64,000 nucleotides of DNA, taken from positions 1 through 64,000 of the forward strand of contig JBCCQQ010000029.1 in the NCBI GenBank assembly GCA_039024555.1. Direction: 5' to 3'. Below the pieces are notes generated by a model. It worked only from the letters and a program-made list of their open reading frames with translations. It ran no database searches and was not told the DNA's origin. Each line of letters opens with the position of its first letter. The stretch's first letter is position 1. The stretch is from Cyanobacteria bacterium P01_D01_bin.156 (GTDB taxonomy: Bacteria; Cyanobacteriota; Cyanobacteriia; Phormidesmidales; Phormidesmidaceae). Of this stretch, positions 55,530 through 64,000 are shown piece after piece. A program made the translations under genes and the position numbers.

Positions 55530-57938
55530 ATGGCAGTGAAGCAGCGAAAACGGCGATCGCAAGAAAATCACCCAGTTGCGATCGCAGCTCCAAACAGCAT
55601 TTTTGCTGCTTCAGAACTGGATGCCATCGAGCCTACTCAAGACCTCTCAGCTGAAACACCCTTTACAACTACCACCACGCTAGACCAACGCCGTGAGCAA
55701 GCCGCCACCGGTAGTTTCCAATTTGGACAAACTGATTTATTCAGCACATCTACTGAAGCAGCGCCCATTCAACGCCAGACTGAAGACGAAGAAGAAACCG
55801 CCCAGCTAAAAGCCGTTTCCAATCAGCGCCACCCATTCTTTAGTAGCGATCGCGAAGAAGACCCGCAAACCCTAGCCCCCCGCGACAGTGGTTCTCCACT
55901 GCCAGAAACATTACGGGCCAAAATGGAGCAATCCTTCGATACTGACTTCTCTGCTGTACGCATTCACGAAAGCAACGCCGCCCAACACATTAATGCCCTA
56001 GCCTACACCCAGGGTCAGCACATTCACTTTCAACCCGGTAAGTACAACCCCGACAGTTCCAAAGGTCAGGAACTCATTGGCCATGAACTTACCCACGTCG
56101 TCCAGCAACGGGCGGGTCAAGTAGCCAAACCCCAGTGCAAGGGTGGTGCCCCCATCAATACGGACCGGGGCCTAGAAACCGAAGCCGATACCGTAGGTGC
56201 TAAGGCAGCCCAGGGCGAAAAGGTCGCTGTAAAAGGTGTTGGCAATGGCATCCAGCGTAAAGCAATCCATGAAACAGAAGAATATTACCTAAAACTACGG
56301 CAGCAGTTAGTAGACAAAAAGTCCGAGCATCTTGCCAGCTTTGACAAACTGATGATCAGTCGGGGTATGGTTCCTCCCGTAGCCACTGAAGAACCTGCCC
56401 CTAGCAAACTGGAGCAAGCGCTAGAAAGCGATACGGCAACAGTGACAGGTGGTGTGGCCGAAACCATAGAAGGGCTCACCGGCATTACGGGGGAAGTTGG
56501 CACCCAAGGGGGCGGCAACTCCGGTGATACCGATACAGGGGTGTTTGAAAAATACTTCAAAGCCGCTGGCGACAAGATGTCTGGAGAAGAACGCAATGTT
56601 CTCAGCGGTCAAAGCGACATGGTGGGAGCCGCAGCTGGTGGAGTTGGCAATATCATGGGGGTTGCCGAATCCATCCAAGACTGGCGCAAGGCAAAAGGGG
56701 GCTTTGGTAAAAGCAAAGCTGTTGCAGACGGTCTTGCTAATGTAACTGGGTTTGGTTCAAATGTGGCTAAAGGCGTAGGCGGCTATCTCACCCAAAAGGG
56801 TGGAGGCGACTCTACAGCGGCAGGCTTAGGCGGGAGCTTTATCGATCCAGCCCTCAATTCCAGTGATAGTGCCAAGTTTATTGGTGATGCAGGGGCCGCT
56901 GGTTCCTTAGGATTGAGCACCATCGGCCAAGCCATCGGCGGAGCTAAGGACTTTAAATCGTGGTGGCGCGATAAAAAGAAAGGTATTTTTGGCAGCAAGA
57001 AATCAGGTGGTAAAGGTGGTTCAGCCTTTGGCCGCTCCATCGGACGAGGCATCAAGAGCCTGGGTAAAATCGGCAAAGGCGGAGTGGATACCGCCCTGGG
57101 CATTAGTAAACTGGTCGCTCAGAATGCAGCGGATGGCGGCAAAATCGCTGGTGATGCGCTTAAGCTAGGCTCAAAAGGGGCGATTACTCCATTAGCCAAT
57201 TTAGCAGCCGCTTCAGGAGGTTTGAGCATTGCCACGGGGGCCATGGACATTGGCAGCGGTGGATTCAAAGCATTTAAGGCGACCAAGCGTAAGGGCTTTA
57301 TTAAAGGCTTGCAAGCTGGGGATAAGCAATTTGGAAAAGTCAGTTCCTCCGATCGAGATGCGGCTTTAGCGCACCTCAAGGAAATTCAAACGAAGAAACA
57401 AAAACGAGGTGCGATCGCAGCGGCAGAGGGAGCCATTGGCGTGACCGCTGGAGCCTTAGCCTTAACTGGAGCGGGGGCCGTAGTGGGCGCTGGTTTAGCA
57501 GGGGCTGCAGGGGCATCTAAGTTAGGACGGTTTGCCTTTAACAAGATTAAACAAAGCCGTCGAGATAAAGCCGCCCGTAAAGATAAACAACTGGAAGCAG
57601 ATTTACACTCAGCCGGTCTGAGTGAAGAGCAAATTAATAATGTTTTCCTAGCTCGGGAATCACGGGAACAGCAACAATATGACGACGATGTGAAAAAAGG
57701 TGGTTTCTCCAAGTTTAAGGCCAAGTTTAAGAAGAAAATGAAGGCCGATAAGACCAAGAGTACAGACGCAAAAGATCAGCGCTATGAAAAGACTGCAAAA
57801 ACCTTACTGAGTATGCATGAATCGGAGCCGGAGTCCGGTATCCTGCTGAAGCTGGTCAATATCCCCAGCAAACAAATCGAGGGTCTCACCCCAGACGAGA
57901 AACATACAGCCATTGTCGATGCCCTCAAGAAACGCTAG
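55530..57938 (+). CDS. DUF4157 eCIS cargo/effector with Gly/Ala/Lys-rich glycine-zipper region
   Basis: DFSAVRIHE...GHELTHVVQQRAG...LETEAD, then G/A-rich helices (GAIGVTAGALALTGAGAVVGAGLAGAAGA). ATG at 55530 preferred; 55461 is possible. Confidence 0.87.
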   Translation: MAVKQRKRRSQENHPVAIAAPNSIFAASELDAIEPTQDLSAETPFTTTTTLDQRREQAATGSFQFGQTDLFSTSTEAAPIQRQTEDEEETAQLKAVSNQRHPFFSSDREEDPQTLAPRDSGSPLPETLRAKMEQSFDTDFSAVRIHESNAAQHINALAYTQGQHIHFQPGKYNPDSSKGQELIGHELTHVVQQRAGQVAKPQCKGGAPINTDRGLETEADTVGAKAAQGEKVAVKGVGNGIQRKAIHETEEYYLKLRQQLVDKKSEHLASFDKLMISRGMVPPVATEEPAPSKLEQALESDTATVTGGVAETIEGLTGITGEVGTQGGGNSGDTDTGVFEKYFKAAGDKMSGEERNVLSGQSDMVGAAAGGVGNIMGVAESIQDWRKAKGGFGKSKAVADGLANVTGFGSNVAKGVGGYLTQKGGGDSTAAGLGGSFIDPALNSSDSAKFIGDAGAAGSLGLSTIGQAIGGAKDFKSWWRDKKKGIFGSKKSGGKGGSAFGRSIGRGIKSLGKIGKGGVDTALGISKLVAQNAADGGKIAGDALKLGSKGAITPLANLAAASGGLSIATGAMDIGSGGFKAFKATKRKGFIKGLQAGDKQFGKVSSSDRDAALAHLKEIQTKKQKRGAIAAAEGAIGVTAGALALTGAGAVVGAGLAGAAGASKLGRFAFNKIKQSRRDKAARKDKQLEADLHSAGLSEEQINNVFLARESREQQQYDDDVKKGGFSKFKAKFKKKMKADKTKSTDAKDQRYEKTAKTLLSMHESEPESGILLKLVNIPSKQIEGLTPDEKHTAIVDALKKR

Positions 57939-57956
57939 TCGCACCTAAACACTCCC

Positions 57957-58397
57957 ATGGATTTACAGGCCATTCAAACTCTGATCGAGGCCGATGACTT
58001 TACCACATCTTTCGAGCCCGCCACCCCAGACATTCCCCTAGATCGGCTATTCGTTCTCCTCAACGAAGAAAAACAATTACTGACTGAGCTGCTATTTATT
58101 CCCCTAGAAGCAGAGGTAGAAAACGTTCATCTGCTGCAGTTTTATGTAAATGTGCCCATTGAGCTGGGGTCTTCAATCCCAACCGATTTACAACAATTAA
58201 TTCTCAACCTCAATGCCAAAATGCCCATTGGCAGCTTTGGCATCAATGGAGAGGATAACCTCGTCTACTTTCGGTATGTTTTGGTGATGCCCCAAAATCA
58301 AACACCTGAGGATAATAATACAATTGTGCAATCCCTCTGGTTGGTATTTTATTTGGTGGAATCCTTTCTACAACAGATTCAAGCGGTCGCCGCCTAA
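57957..58397 (+). CDS. YbjN/CesT-like chaperone-fold protein (candidate chaperone or immunity)
   Basis: Small acidic protein with LLQFYVNVP...LILNLNAKMPIGSFGI...VYFRY, starting 18 nt after the effector stop. Confidence 0.65.
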   Translation: MDLQAIQTLIEADDFTTSFEPATPDIPLDRLFVLLNEEKQLLTELLFIPLEAEVENVHLLQFYVNVPIELGSSIPTDLQQLILNLNAKMPIGSFGINGEDNLVYFRYVLVMPQNQTPEDNNTIVQSLWLVFYLVESFLQQIQAVAA

Positions 58398-60841
58398 AAT
58401 CTCTCAGGTCTGAGATCTGCTGACTTAGGCCTAATATTAGGTTTGTCGCTAGATGGTTTGAGGCTGCTGTTATCTTCTGGATGTATAGGTGGCTCGGAGG
58501 GTGGCTCTGTTGCTTCTGGCAAAGGACTTGGCTCTGGTGGTGCTGGAATGGTTAGGGACTCTAGAACCTCTGGAGAGGCTGTGGTTTCCAGGGTGAGCGA
58601 TCGCACTATCTCTTCGCCATTTACCGAGGTCACTTTTAGGGTGAGCGTTTCTTGGGTGTTGGCCGTGAGGGGATAGTCTAAACTCCCGGCCAATGGCACC
58701 GTTCCCGGCGATGGCAACAGCTCCACTTGGGTATAGGGACCACCCAGCACTTTCCAGGCCAGGTTCACGGTGCTGTTATCCTCCCCGGACAACACTGTCT
58801 GATACTTGGTTGGTGCCTCCTCACCATTTAGGGTAAATGTCTCAATCTGTATAGGAATTGGCACAATGGGAATTGGCGGTGTCTCTGCCGTAGCCACTGG
58901 CTCACCTTGTAGGTCTGTAAACGCCTGCAACCCATAGCGATAGGTGCCCACGGTTTTAGCCGTTGTTGGCAGTTCTCGACAGGTAAATGCCGTTTCTGTC
59001 AGGGTGCAATACTCTTCTAAATTGGCCGGAAGCCCGTTGGTAAGATCGTAGTTTGTTGGGGCACTGAGGGGCGACCCATCGGCCAATTGGCCAGTTAGGG
59101 TAATATGCGACAACGGCTCCGTTAGGGCAATTTGCCAGTTTAGGGCCATGGCCTTGGGGGGCGATGGCTCGTCATCAGCCGTAGGTTGTTGTAATTCTGG
59201 GGCCAGGGCTTCCCAATAGCGTGTTTGGGTCGCCCCAAATGTAACCATCTCCGGTGGCGGTGTGGGGAGAATTGTGGCTCTTCCTGTCTCGGCTGTAATG
59301 GGTTGTCCCCCATCGCCTTTAGTGACCACCGTAAGCGTAAAGTCATAATTGCCCGGCTGTCGTGCCCCGGTTAGCACATTGCTACAGCTCAGTGCCTGTT
59401 CCAGCACGCAGTAGGGGGTTAAATCTGGCGGTAAACCATTGCTGAGGTCGTACACCATGGGGGGTAGGGCGGCCCCTTCGGTATCCGTCTGGCTATCAAT
59501 TTCAATGCTCTGAACCTGTTGTCCATGGTCAATATGCCAGGTGAGCCGGATAAAATCCTGTTGCTGCTGATAGTAGGTAGGGGCAGTGGTGCTAAAGGCC
59601 GTTACCCTGGGGGGGGCCGGGGGCCGCAAAAAGAACCACCAAATTAGACCTGCGATCGCACTCACCCCACCAGCTGCCAACAACAGGATTAATGCCATAT
59701 GCCACCAGGGACGACGCTCCCATAGCAGCTCAGCCGTCGTTGTTTCAGGTAATGGTAGATCATGCTGATCGTTAACCACCAATCGAAACGAGATGTCTCG
59801 TCCTGGACCAATCCAGGCCCGCTTTTGCAAACTGTCCGGTGTGGCCGTCAGCGTGGCATGGGCCGTGGTCATGGAGGGAATCCGTATCCGCCCCGGTTCT
59901 AGCCGGTAAGTAAACAGCGGATCTTCTCGGTCCTCTTTGGCCTGGATGGTAATCTCACGGGCCGTATTACCTGCATTGGTAATGTGTAGATGAAACAGGG
60001 CCGCCTGGCGTTTTACCCGGCGAATGATGGCTTCTGGCTGCACCGTCAACTCGTAGCGGGCAGAGACTTCAAAGTACATTACATCCAACAGCACCAGGTC
60101 GGGGTCGTTGACCGACCGCAGGCGTAACGTAGCTAAATATCGTCCCGCCAAGGTATTGACCGGACAGTTAACCACCAGACGGATCAGTCCCCTACTGCCT
60201 GGATTAAGAGCTAGATAATCGGTATCGATAACCAGCCCTAATTCCCCTAGACCTTCTGGGTAATATACCTGGTACCAGTCGTCGGGAAAATCGGTAATCT
60301 CTAAGCGAAACTGATCGACCCGATTGGAGCGATTGTGAACAATCACCTGCACCTCTGTTGGTGTCTCAGGAGCTAGGGTGGCCGGATGATCAGAGCGAGT
60401 TTCTGGCCGTGTCGCAAAGGTGGCATCGTTGAGGTTAATGGCCGACTCCACCGGGGGCAGCACATTAATCGTGGCAGGATACCGCAGGGGCGTATCCTCC
60501 GGGTAATGGTTAGGGGCATCGACAACAATTAAATAGTCGTAACTGCCCGGTAGCGTTTGTATGGGGATTTTGACCTGAAACCGGACCTCACTGCTGTGGC
60601 CCATTTCTAGAGCTAGGCGCTCATAGGGATTGCTACACCAATGACACAATTCCTGGGAACTTTCATCCAGGTAGACATCGATGACGGCCCCCTGTTCCCC
60701 CTGGTTATCAATGGTGAGAGAAATTTCGATAGTCTCTCCAGCCGAGACCGCATAGTGACCGGATGGGCTGATCAATACCCGCAAAGGGCCTATGGTGGGG
60801 GCAGAATGTGCGATCGCGCTAGCTACCAAATGGGTGGTCAT
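58394..60841 (-). CDS. Bitopic membrane protein with Ig-like repeats (COG1470-like)
   Basis: N-terminal Ig-like units (I.N.G...; VHNRSNRVDQF; ITNAGNTAR), a single TM RPWWHMALILLLAAGGVSAIAGLIWWFF, and two C-terminal YDL.NGLP..L..YC.L....C repeats. Confidence 0.78.
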   Translation of the reverse strand: MTTHLVASAIAHSAPTIGPLRVLISPSGHYAVSAGETIEISLTIDNQGEQGAVIDVYLDESSQELCHWCSNPYERLALEMGHSSEVRFQVKIPIQTLPGSYDYLIVVDAPNHYPEDTPLRYPATINVLPPVESAINLNDATFATRPETRSDHPATLAPETPTEVQVIVHNRSNRVDQFRLEITDFPDDWYQVYYPEGLGELGLVIDTDYLALNPGSRGLIRLVVNCPVNTLAGRYLATLRLRSVNDPDLVLLDVMYFEVSARYELTVQPEAIIRRVKRQAALFHLHITNAGNTAREITIQAKEDREDPLFTYRLEPGRIRIPSMTTAHATLTATPDSLQKRAWIGPGRDISFRLVVNDQHDLPLPETTTAELLWERRPWWHMALILLLAAGGVSAIAGLIWWFFLRPPAPPRVTAFSTTAPTYYQQQQDFIRLTWHIDHGQQVQSIEIDSQTDTEGAALPPMVYDLSNGLPPDLTPYCVLEQALSCSNVLTGARQPGNYDFTLTVVTKGDGGQPITAETGRATILPTPPPEMVTFGATQTRYWEALAPELQQPTADDEPSPPKAMALNWQIALTEPLSHITLTGQLADGSPLSAPTNYDLTNGLPANLEEYCTLTETAFTCRELPTTAKTVGTYRYGLQAFTDLQGEPVATAETPPIPIVPIPIQIETFTLNGEEAPTKYQTVLSGEDNSTVNLAWKVLGGPYTQVELLPSPGTVPLAGSLDYPLTANTQETLTLKVTSVNGEEIVRSLTLETTASPEVLESLTIPAPPEPSPLPEATEPPSEPPIHPEDNSSLKPSSDKPNIRPKSADLRPERF

Positions 60842-61017
60842 GGAGCAAGTTCAGGGGATAGTTATTGCCGTTTTAGGGGGATGGCCAACGAAAAACTAGT
60901 AGACCAATGGCTATTTCTATCTCCTCGGCGATGATGAAACTTGCGATGCGACTTTTGTCGGATAGTGATGGTTTATTTCCTCGCCTATAAGAGAAAGGCA
61001 GCATTATTGGCGTGCCC

Positions 61018-61452
61018 ATGGTCAACACAACACAGCGGGTAACTACCTCCCATTTAGGACAGGGATTTGCTTTTCCCCTTGGCATTGGTCAGCAAGGATG
61101 TTTGACCCTCAGTGCCGAAGAGCAAAGTGTACGGGAATCGGTTTGGCTAATTTTGTTGACGGAGCCAGGAGAACGACTCTACCGCCCAGAATTTGGGTGT
61201 CGCCTATCGGAACTAGCCTTTGCCCCCATCAATTCGGAAACCCTAATGCTAATGCGCATTTGGGTACAAGAAGCCTTAGAACGCTGGGAGCCCCGGATCA
61301 TTTTGGAAGAGGTCCAAGCCCGTCCCCAGGTAGAGCAGGGCATTGTGTACCTGATTATTAACTACCGTCTCAAGACCACCTACGAGCAACAGAGTCTGGT
61401 GTATCCGTTTTACCTGCAAGGAACGCCCCTCGAACCATCTGTAAACGGGTAG
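61018..61452 (+). CDS. GPW/gp25 baseplate protein (Afp9-like)
   Basis: LGQGFAFP, ILLTEPGERLYRPEFGC, ALERWEPRI, LVYPFYL. Confidence 0.93.
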   Translation: MVNTTQRVTTSHLGQGFAFPLGIGQQGCLTLSAEEQSVRESVWLILLTEPGERLYRPEFGCRLSELAFAPINSETLMLMRIWVQEALERWEPRIILEEVQARPQVEQGIVYLIINYRLKTTYEQQSLVYPFYLQGTPLEPSVNG

Positions 61453-61467
61453 CCCCAAGGAGCATCG

Positions 61468-63729
61468 ATGGCTTTAGATTTTTTGCCCAACTTACCCAAA
61501 GCAGATTTGGACGATCGCCGCTACAGCGACTTGCTCCAGGAATGTTTGTTGCGCATCCCCCGCTACTGTCCTGAATGGACTAACTATAACCCCAGTGAAC
61601 CCGGGGTGACGCTGCTGGAATCCTTTGCCTGGCTTACGGATCAAATGTTGATGCGGTTTAACCAGGTACCCCGCCGTCACTATGTTGCCTTTTTGGAGTT
61701 GTTGGGGGTGCGTCTGCAGCCGCCCCAGCCCGCTACCACTGAGCTCACATTTTATTTGGTATCCGAGCTACCGGAAACGTACCACATTCCCATGGGTACC
61801 CAGGTGGCCACCCAACGCACCGCCAATGAAGAGGCGATTGTCTTTAGTACGCGCCAGCCCTTAGAAATTGGCCAGCCCCGTATCCGCCATCTGTTAACTG
61901 CACCCGCATTGGAAGAGGTGCCAACTGTGCTACGAGATTGTCTTAGCAATGTGTGGAATCGCGCTCAAGATGGTCGGTGGGATGGTCCTGAACTTTCTCT
62001 CTTTAGTGAGCAGCCCCTGTCTGGTAATTGTGCCTACGTGGTACTAGAAGACATGGGTAATACTCTCCATGGCAATGTTGTTGCCATCACCGTTAAAGGG
62101 CAGGCGGCCACACCCACCGGCATTAACCCACAGCATCCCCCTCGGTCCTGGCAAGCCTGGGATGGTCACCAGTGGCGTTCAGTATTGTTGCAAGAAACGG
62201 ATGATCAGACCCAGGGCTTTAGTTTCGCCTCCCTGGTGGAACAGGGAGGCAACCCGCTACAGGGGGTGGATTTAGTTCTGCATTTACCCCTAACCCTACC
62301 GGTCACCCAGTTTGGGAACTATCGAGGACACTGGCTACGGTGTGTTTGTGATGCGCCCACAGCGGGCCAAGCGGCCTACAGTCATGCACCACGGATTACC
62401 GGGTTGTCAGTGCGGGCCATTGGTGGCACCGTACCCGCTAGCCAGTGCGAAGTGATTATCGAAGAAGTGCTAGGGGAGAGTGATGGTACCGCAGGGCAAG
62501 CGTTTCAGGTGCAGGGAGTGCCCATACTCACCCGTCAGGAAGATGAATATTTAACGGTGATGGCCCCTAATCAGGATCCAGAGATATGGACCGAGGTAAC
62601 AGATTTTTCCCAGTCGGGGCCTGCGGATCGTCACTATGTCATTGACTCAATTACGGGGCTAGTGCAGTTTGGCCCTCGGGTGCGAGAACCATCCCAACTA
62701 CGTCAGCGGAGTGAACTACAAACTCGATTTTTGACCCACGCCACAGAGTCTGTGATGGCCCAAATGGTGACATCGCCGGAAGCGGGCCGAGCTGGCTTAA
62801 GTGCCAATGAATGGCATACGGAACTGCGGGCGTTAAATCAACTGGAGCGGCAGTATGGGGCAATTCCACCCAAGGGAGCAGTTATTCGGTTATCTAAATA
62901 TCGGACTGGCGGTGGGCAGCGGGGTAATGTTCAGCCCCAGGTGCTAACGGTACTCAAGTCCGCCGTTCCCTATGTGGCCTCCGTCACCAACCATGGACCA
63001 GGGTGCCATGGGGCCGATGCAGAATCCTTGGAGCAGGCAGCGATTCGGGTTCCCCAACTGCTGCGCACGCAAAATCGGGCTGTGACGTTAGAGGATTTTG
63101 AGCATCTGGCGTTGCAAGCCGGTCAGGGGGCAGTGGCCCGGGCCCGCTGTTTACCCCCTGATGAACCCGGGGTGATTAAGCTAATGTTGATTCCCCGTGT
63201 GGATCTGGATCGGTTACACCAGGGCATGTCTCCTGAGAGATTTAAACTGACACCGGCACTACAACGGCAGGTGTTGTCGTTTTTAGATCGACGGCGACTT
63301 CTGGGCACTCAGATCCGATGTGAGGAGCCTGACTATGTCGGGGTTACGGTACAGACGGAGATTGCGTTGGCTCCAGATTGGCGCTCTCCTGAAGCCCAGG
63401 CTCAACTTCTACATCGTTTGCAGACTGAGCTGTATCAATTTCTCAACCCGATTACCGGAGGCCGTGAGCGCCAAGGCTGGCCCATCGGTCAACCCCTCTA
63501 CCAGTCGGATATTGTTTCGCTGCTACAGGCAATGCCGGGGATTCGCTATTTGGGAGCTGTGCAATTGTTCAAGCTGCAAAATCAGGGCAACGGCTGGCTG
63601 CGGCTACCGCCCACCCCCAGTATTCATCCTGGCCCCAACGGTATGATTTGTTCCTGGCATGATCCCAACATTAACTCGGGCCACACCATCAATATTGTGA
63701 CGGACAACAGTCTAGCGGAGGTGTCCTGA
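61468..63729 (+). CDS. Baseplate assembly protein J-like (Afp11-like)
   Basis: LDDRRY...IPRYCPEWTNYNPSEPGVTLLE, YRTGGG.RGNV, RAVTLEDFE, LDRRRLLGT. Confidence 0.93.
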   Translation: MALDFLPNLPKADLDDRRYSDLLQECLLRIPRYCPEWTNYNPSEPGVTLLESFAWLTDQMLMRFNQVPRRHYVAFLELLGVRLQPPQPATTELTFYLVSELPETYHIPMGTQVATQRTANEEAIVFSTRQPLEIGQPRIRHLLTAPALEEVPTVLRDCLSNVWNRAQDGRWDGPELSLFSEQPLSGNCAYVVLEDMGNTLHGNVVAITVKGQAATPTGINPQHPPRSWQAWDGHQWRSVLLQETDDQTQGFSFASLVEQGGNPLQGVDLVLHLPLTLPVTQFGNYRGHWLRCVCDAPTAGQAAYSHAPRITGLSVRAIGGTVPASQCEVIIEEVLGESDGTAGQAFQVQGVPILTRQEDEYLTVMAPNQDPEIWTEVTDFSQSGPADRHYVIDSITGLVQFGPRVREPSQLRQRSELQTRFLTHATESVMAQMVTSPEAGRAGLSANEWHTELRALNQLERQYGAIPPKGAVIRLSKYRTGGGQRGNVQPQVLTVLKSAVPYVASVTNHGPGCHGADAESLEQAAIRVPQLLRTQNRAVTLEDFEHLALQAGQGAVARARCLPPDEPGVIKLMLIPRVDLDRLHQGMSPERFKLTPALQRQVLSFLDRRRLLGTQIRCEEPDYVGVTVQTEIALAPDWRSPEAQAQLLHRLQTELYQFLNPITGGRERQGWPIGQPLYQSDIVSLLQAMPGIRYLGAVQLFKLQNQGNGWLRLPPTPSIHPGPNGMICSWHDPNINSGHTINIVTDNSLAEVS

Positions 63730-64000
63730 TGGTGCAGTCCTATCGGTCTCCGGTGGCGTTAGATGTGGTTCCTATGCAGCTGCCAGATATGAATCTGGCC
63801 TATGGGACGGAGCTGTCAGCCGCGACAGATGATTTAGCGGCAACCCAACCTGAGGATGCCAGTCTTGTACTGTATCCGGGAGAGCCCACTGAACTCATGT
63901 TGCGGCTGCGCAATGAGAGTGAGCGCCCCCTGAGGTTTGTTGTCCATTTCAACAGTATCTTTCCCGACGATTGGCAATTAACCCCTTTAGAGGACTACGA
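63729..64000 (+). CDS. Partial CDS, probably the next baseplate/tail component with an N-terminal Ig-like domain (runs off the window)
   Basis: TGATG overlap with baseplate J. MVQSYRSPVALDVVPMQLP...LVLYPGEPTELMLRLRNES is open to the window end. Confidence 0.6.
   Translation, partial: MVQSYRSPVALDVVPMQLPDMNLAYGTELSAATDDLAATQPEDASLVLYPGEPTELMLRLRNESERPLRFVVHFNSIFPDDWQLTPLEDY

Larger units (their letters stand above)
19729..64000. other. Extracellular contractile injection system (eCIS) locus, >44 kb, incomplete at the right end
   Basis: Sheath, tubes, VgrG, gp25, baseplate J, Pvc16, AAA+ ATPase and DUF4157 proteins. No capsid, terminase, portal, lysis or T6SS membrane-complex/ClpV genes in the window. 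Confidence 0.95.

Noticed and set aside
19729..64000. Prophage or T6SS
   Set aside because: No capsid, terminase, portal or integrase, and no TssJLM, ClpV or TssB/C pair. Pvc16, the Afp15-type ATPase and DUF4157 indicate an eCIS.

Overview
Cyanobacterial DNA (frequent HIP1 GCGATCGC, filamentous-cyanobacterium-type genes) with two accessory systems. (1) 2.3-15.8 kb, minus strand: a compact four-gene operon encoding a 3260-aa protein (DUF4114-like N-terminus, subtilase S8 domain, very long coiled coils, hydrophobic translocation-type helices, pre-toxin domain, C-terminal PD-(D/E)xK-like nuclease), a GNAT acyltransferase, an M50 intramembrane metalloprotease and a HlyD-type adaptor. There is no ABC transporter and no obvious immunity gene. 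The operon is flanked by IS debris plus an orphan cas6 on one side and a divergent NACHT gene on the other, and the block lacks HIP1. (2) 19.7 kb to the window end: a large extracellular contractile injection system (eCIS/Afp/PVC-like) locus. It has sheath, four tube paralogues, a tube initiator, VgrG, gp25, baseplate J, Pvc16, an AAA+ ATPase and three DUF4157 cargo proteins. Its unusual accessories are a probable -1 frameshifted tail-assembly chaperone/DUF6760 pair, an ABBA-prenyltransferase-like enzyme, a membrane pseudokinase-PBP receptor, a bitopic Ig-repeat protein, two YbjN-fold proteins and a NarL-type regulator. All calls come from motif reading by eye; no database searches were run.
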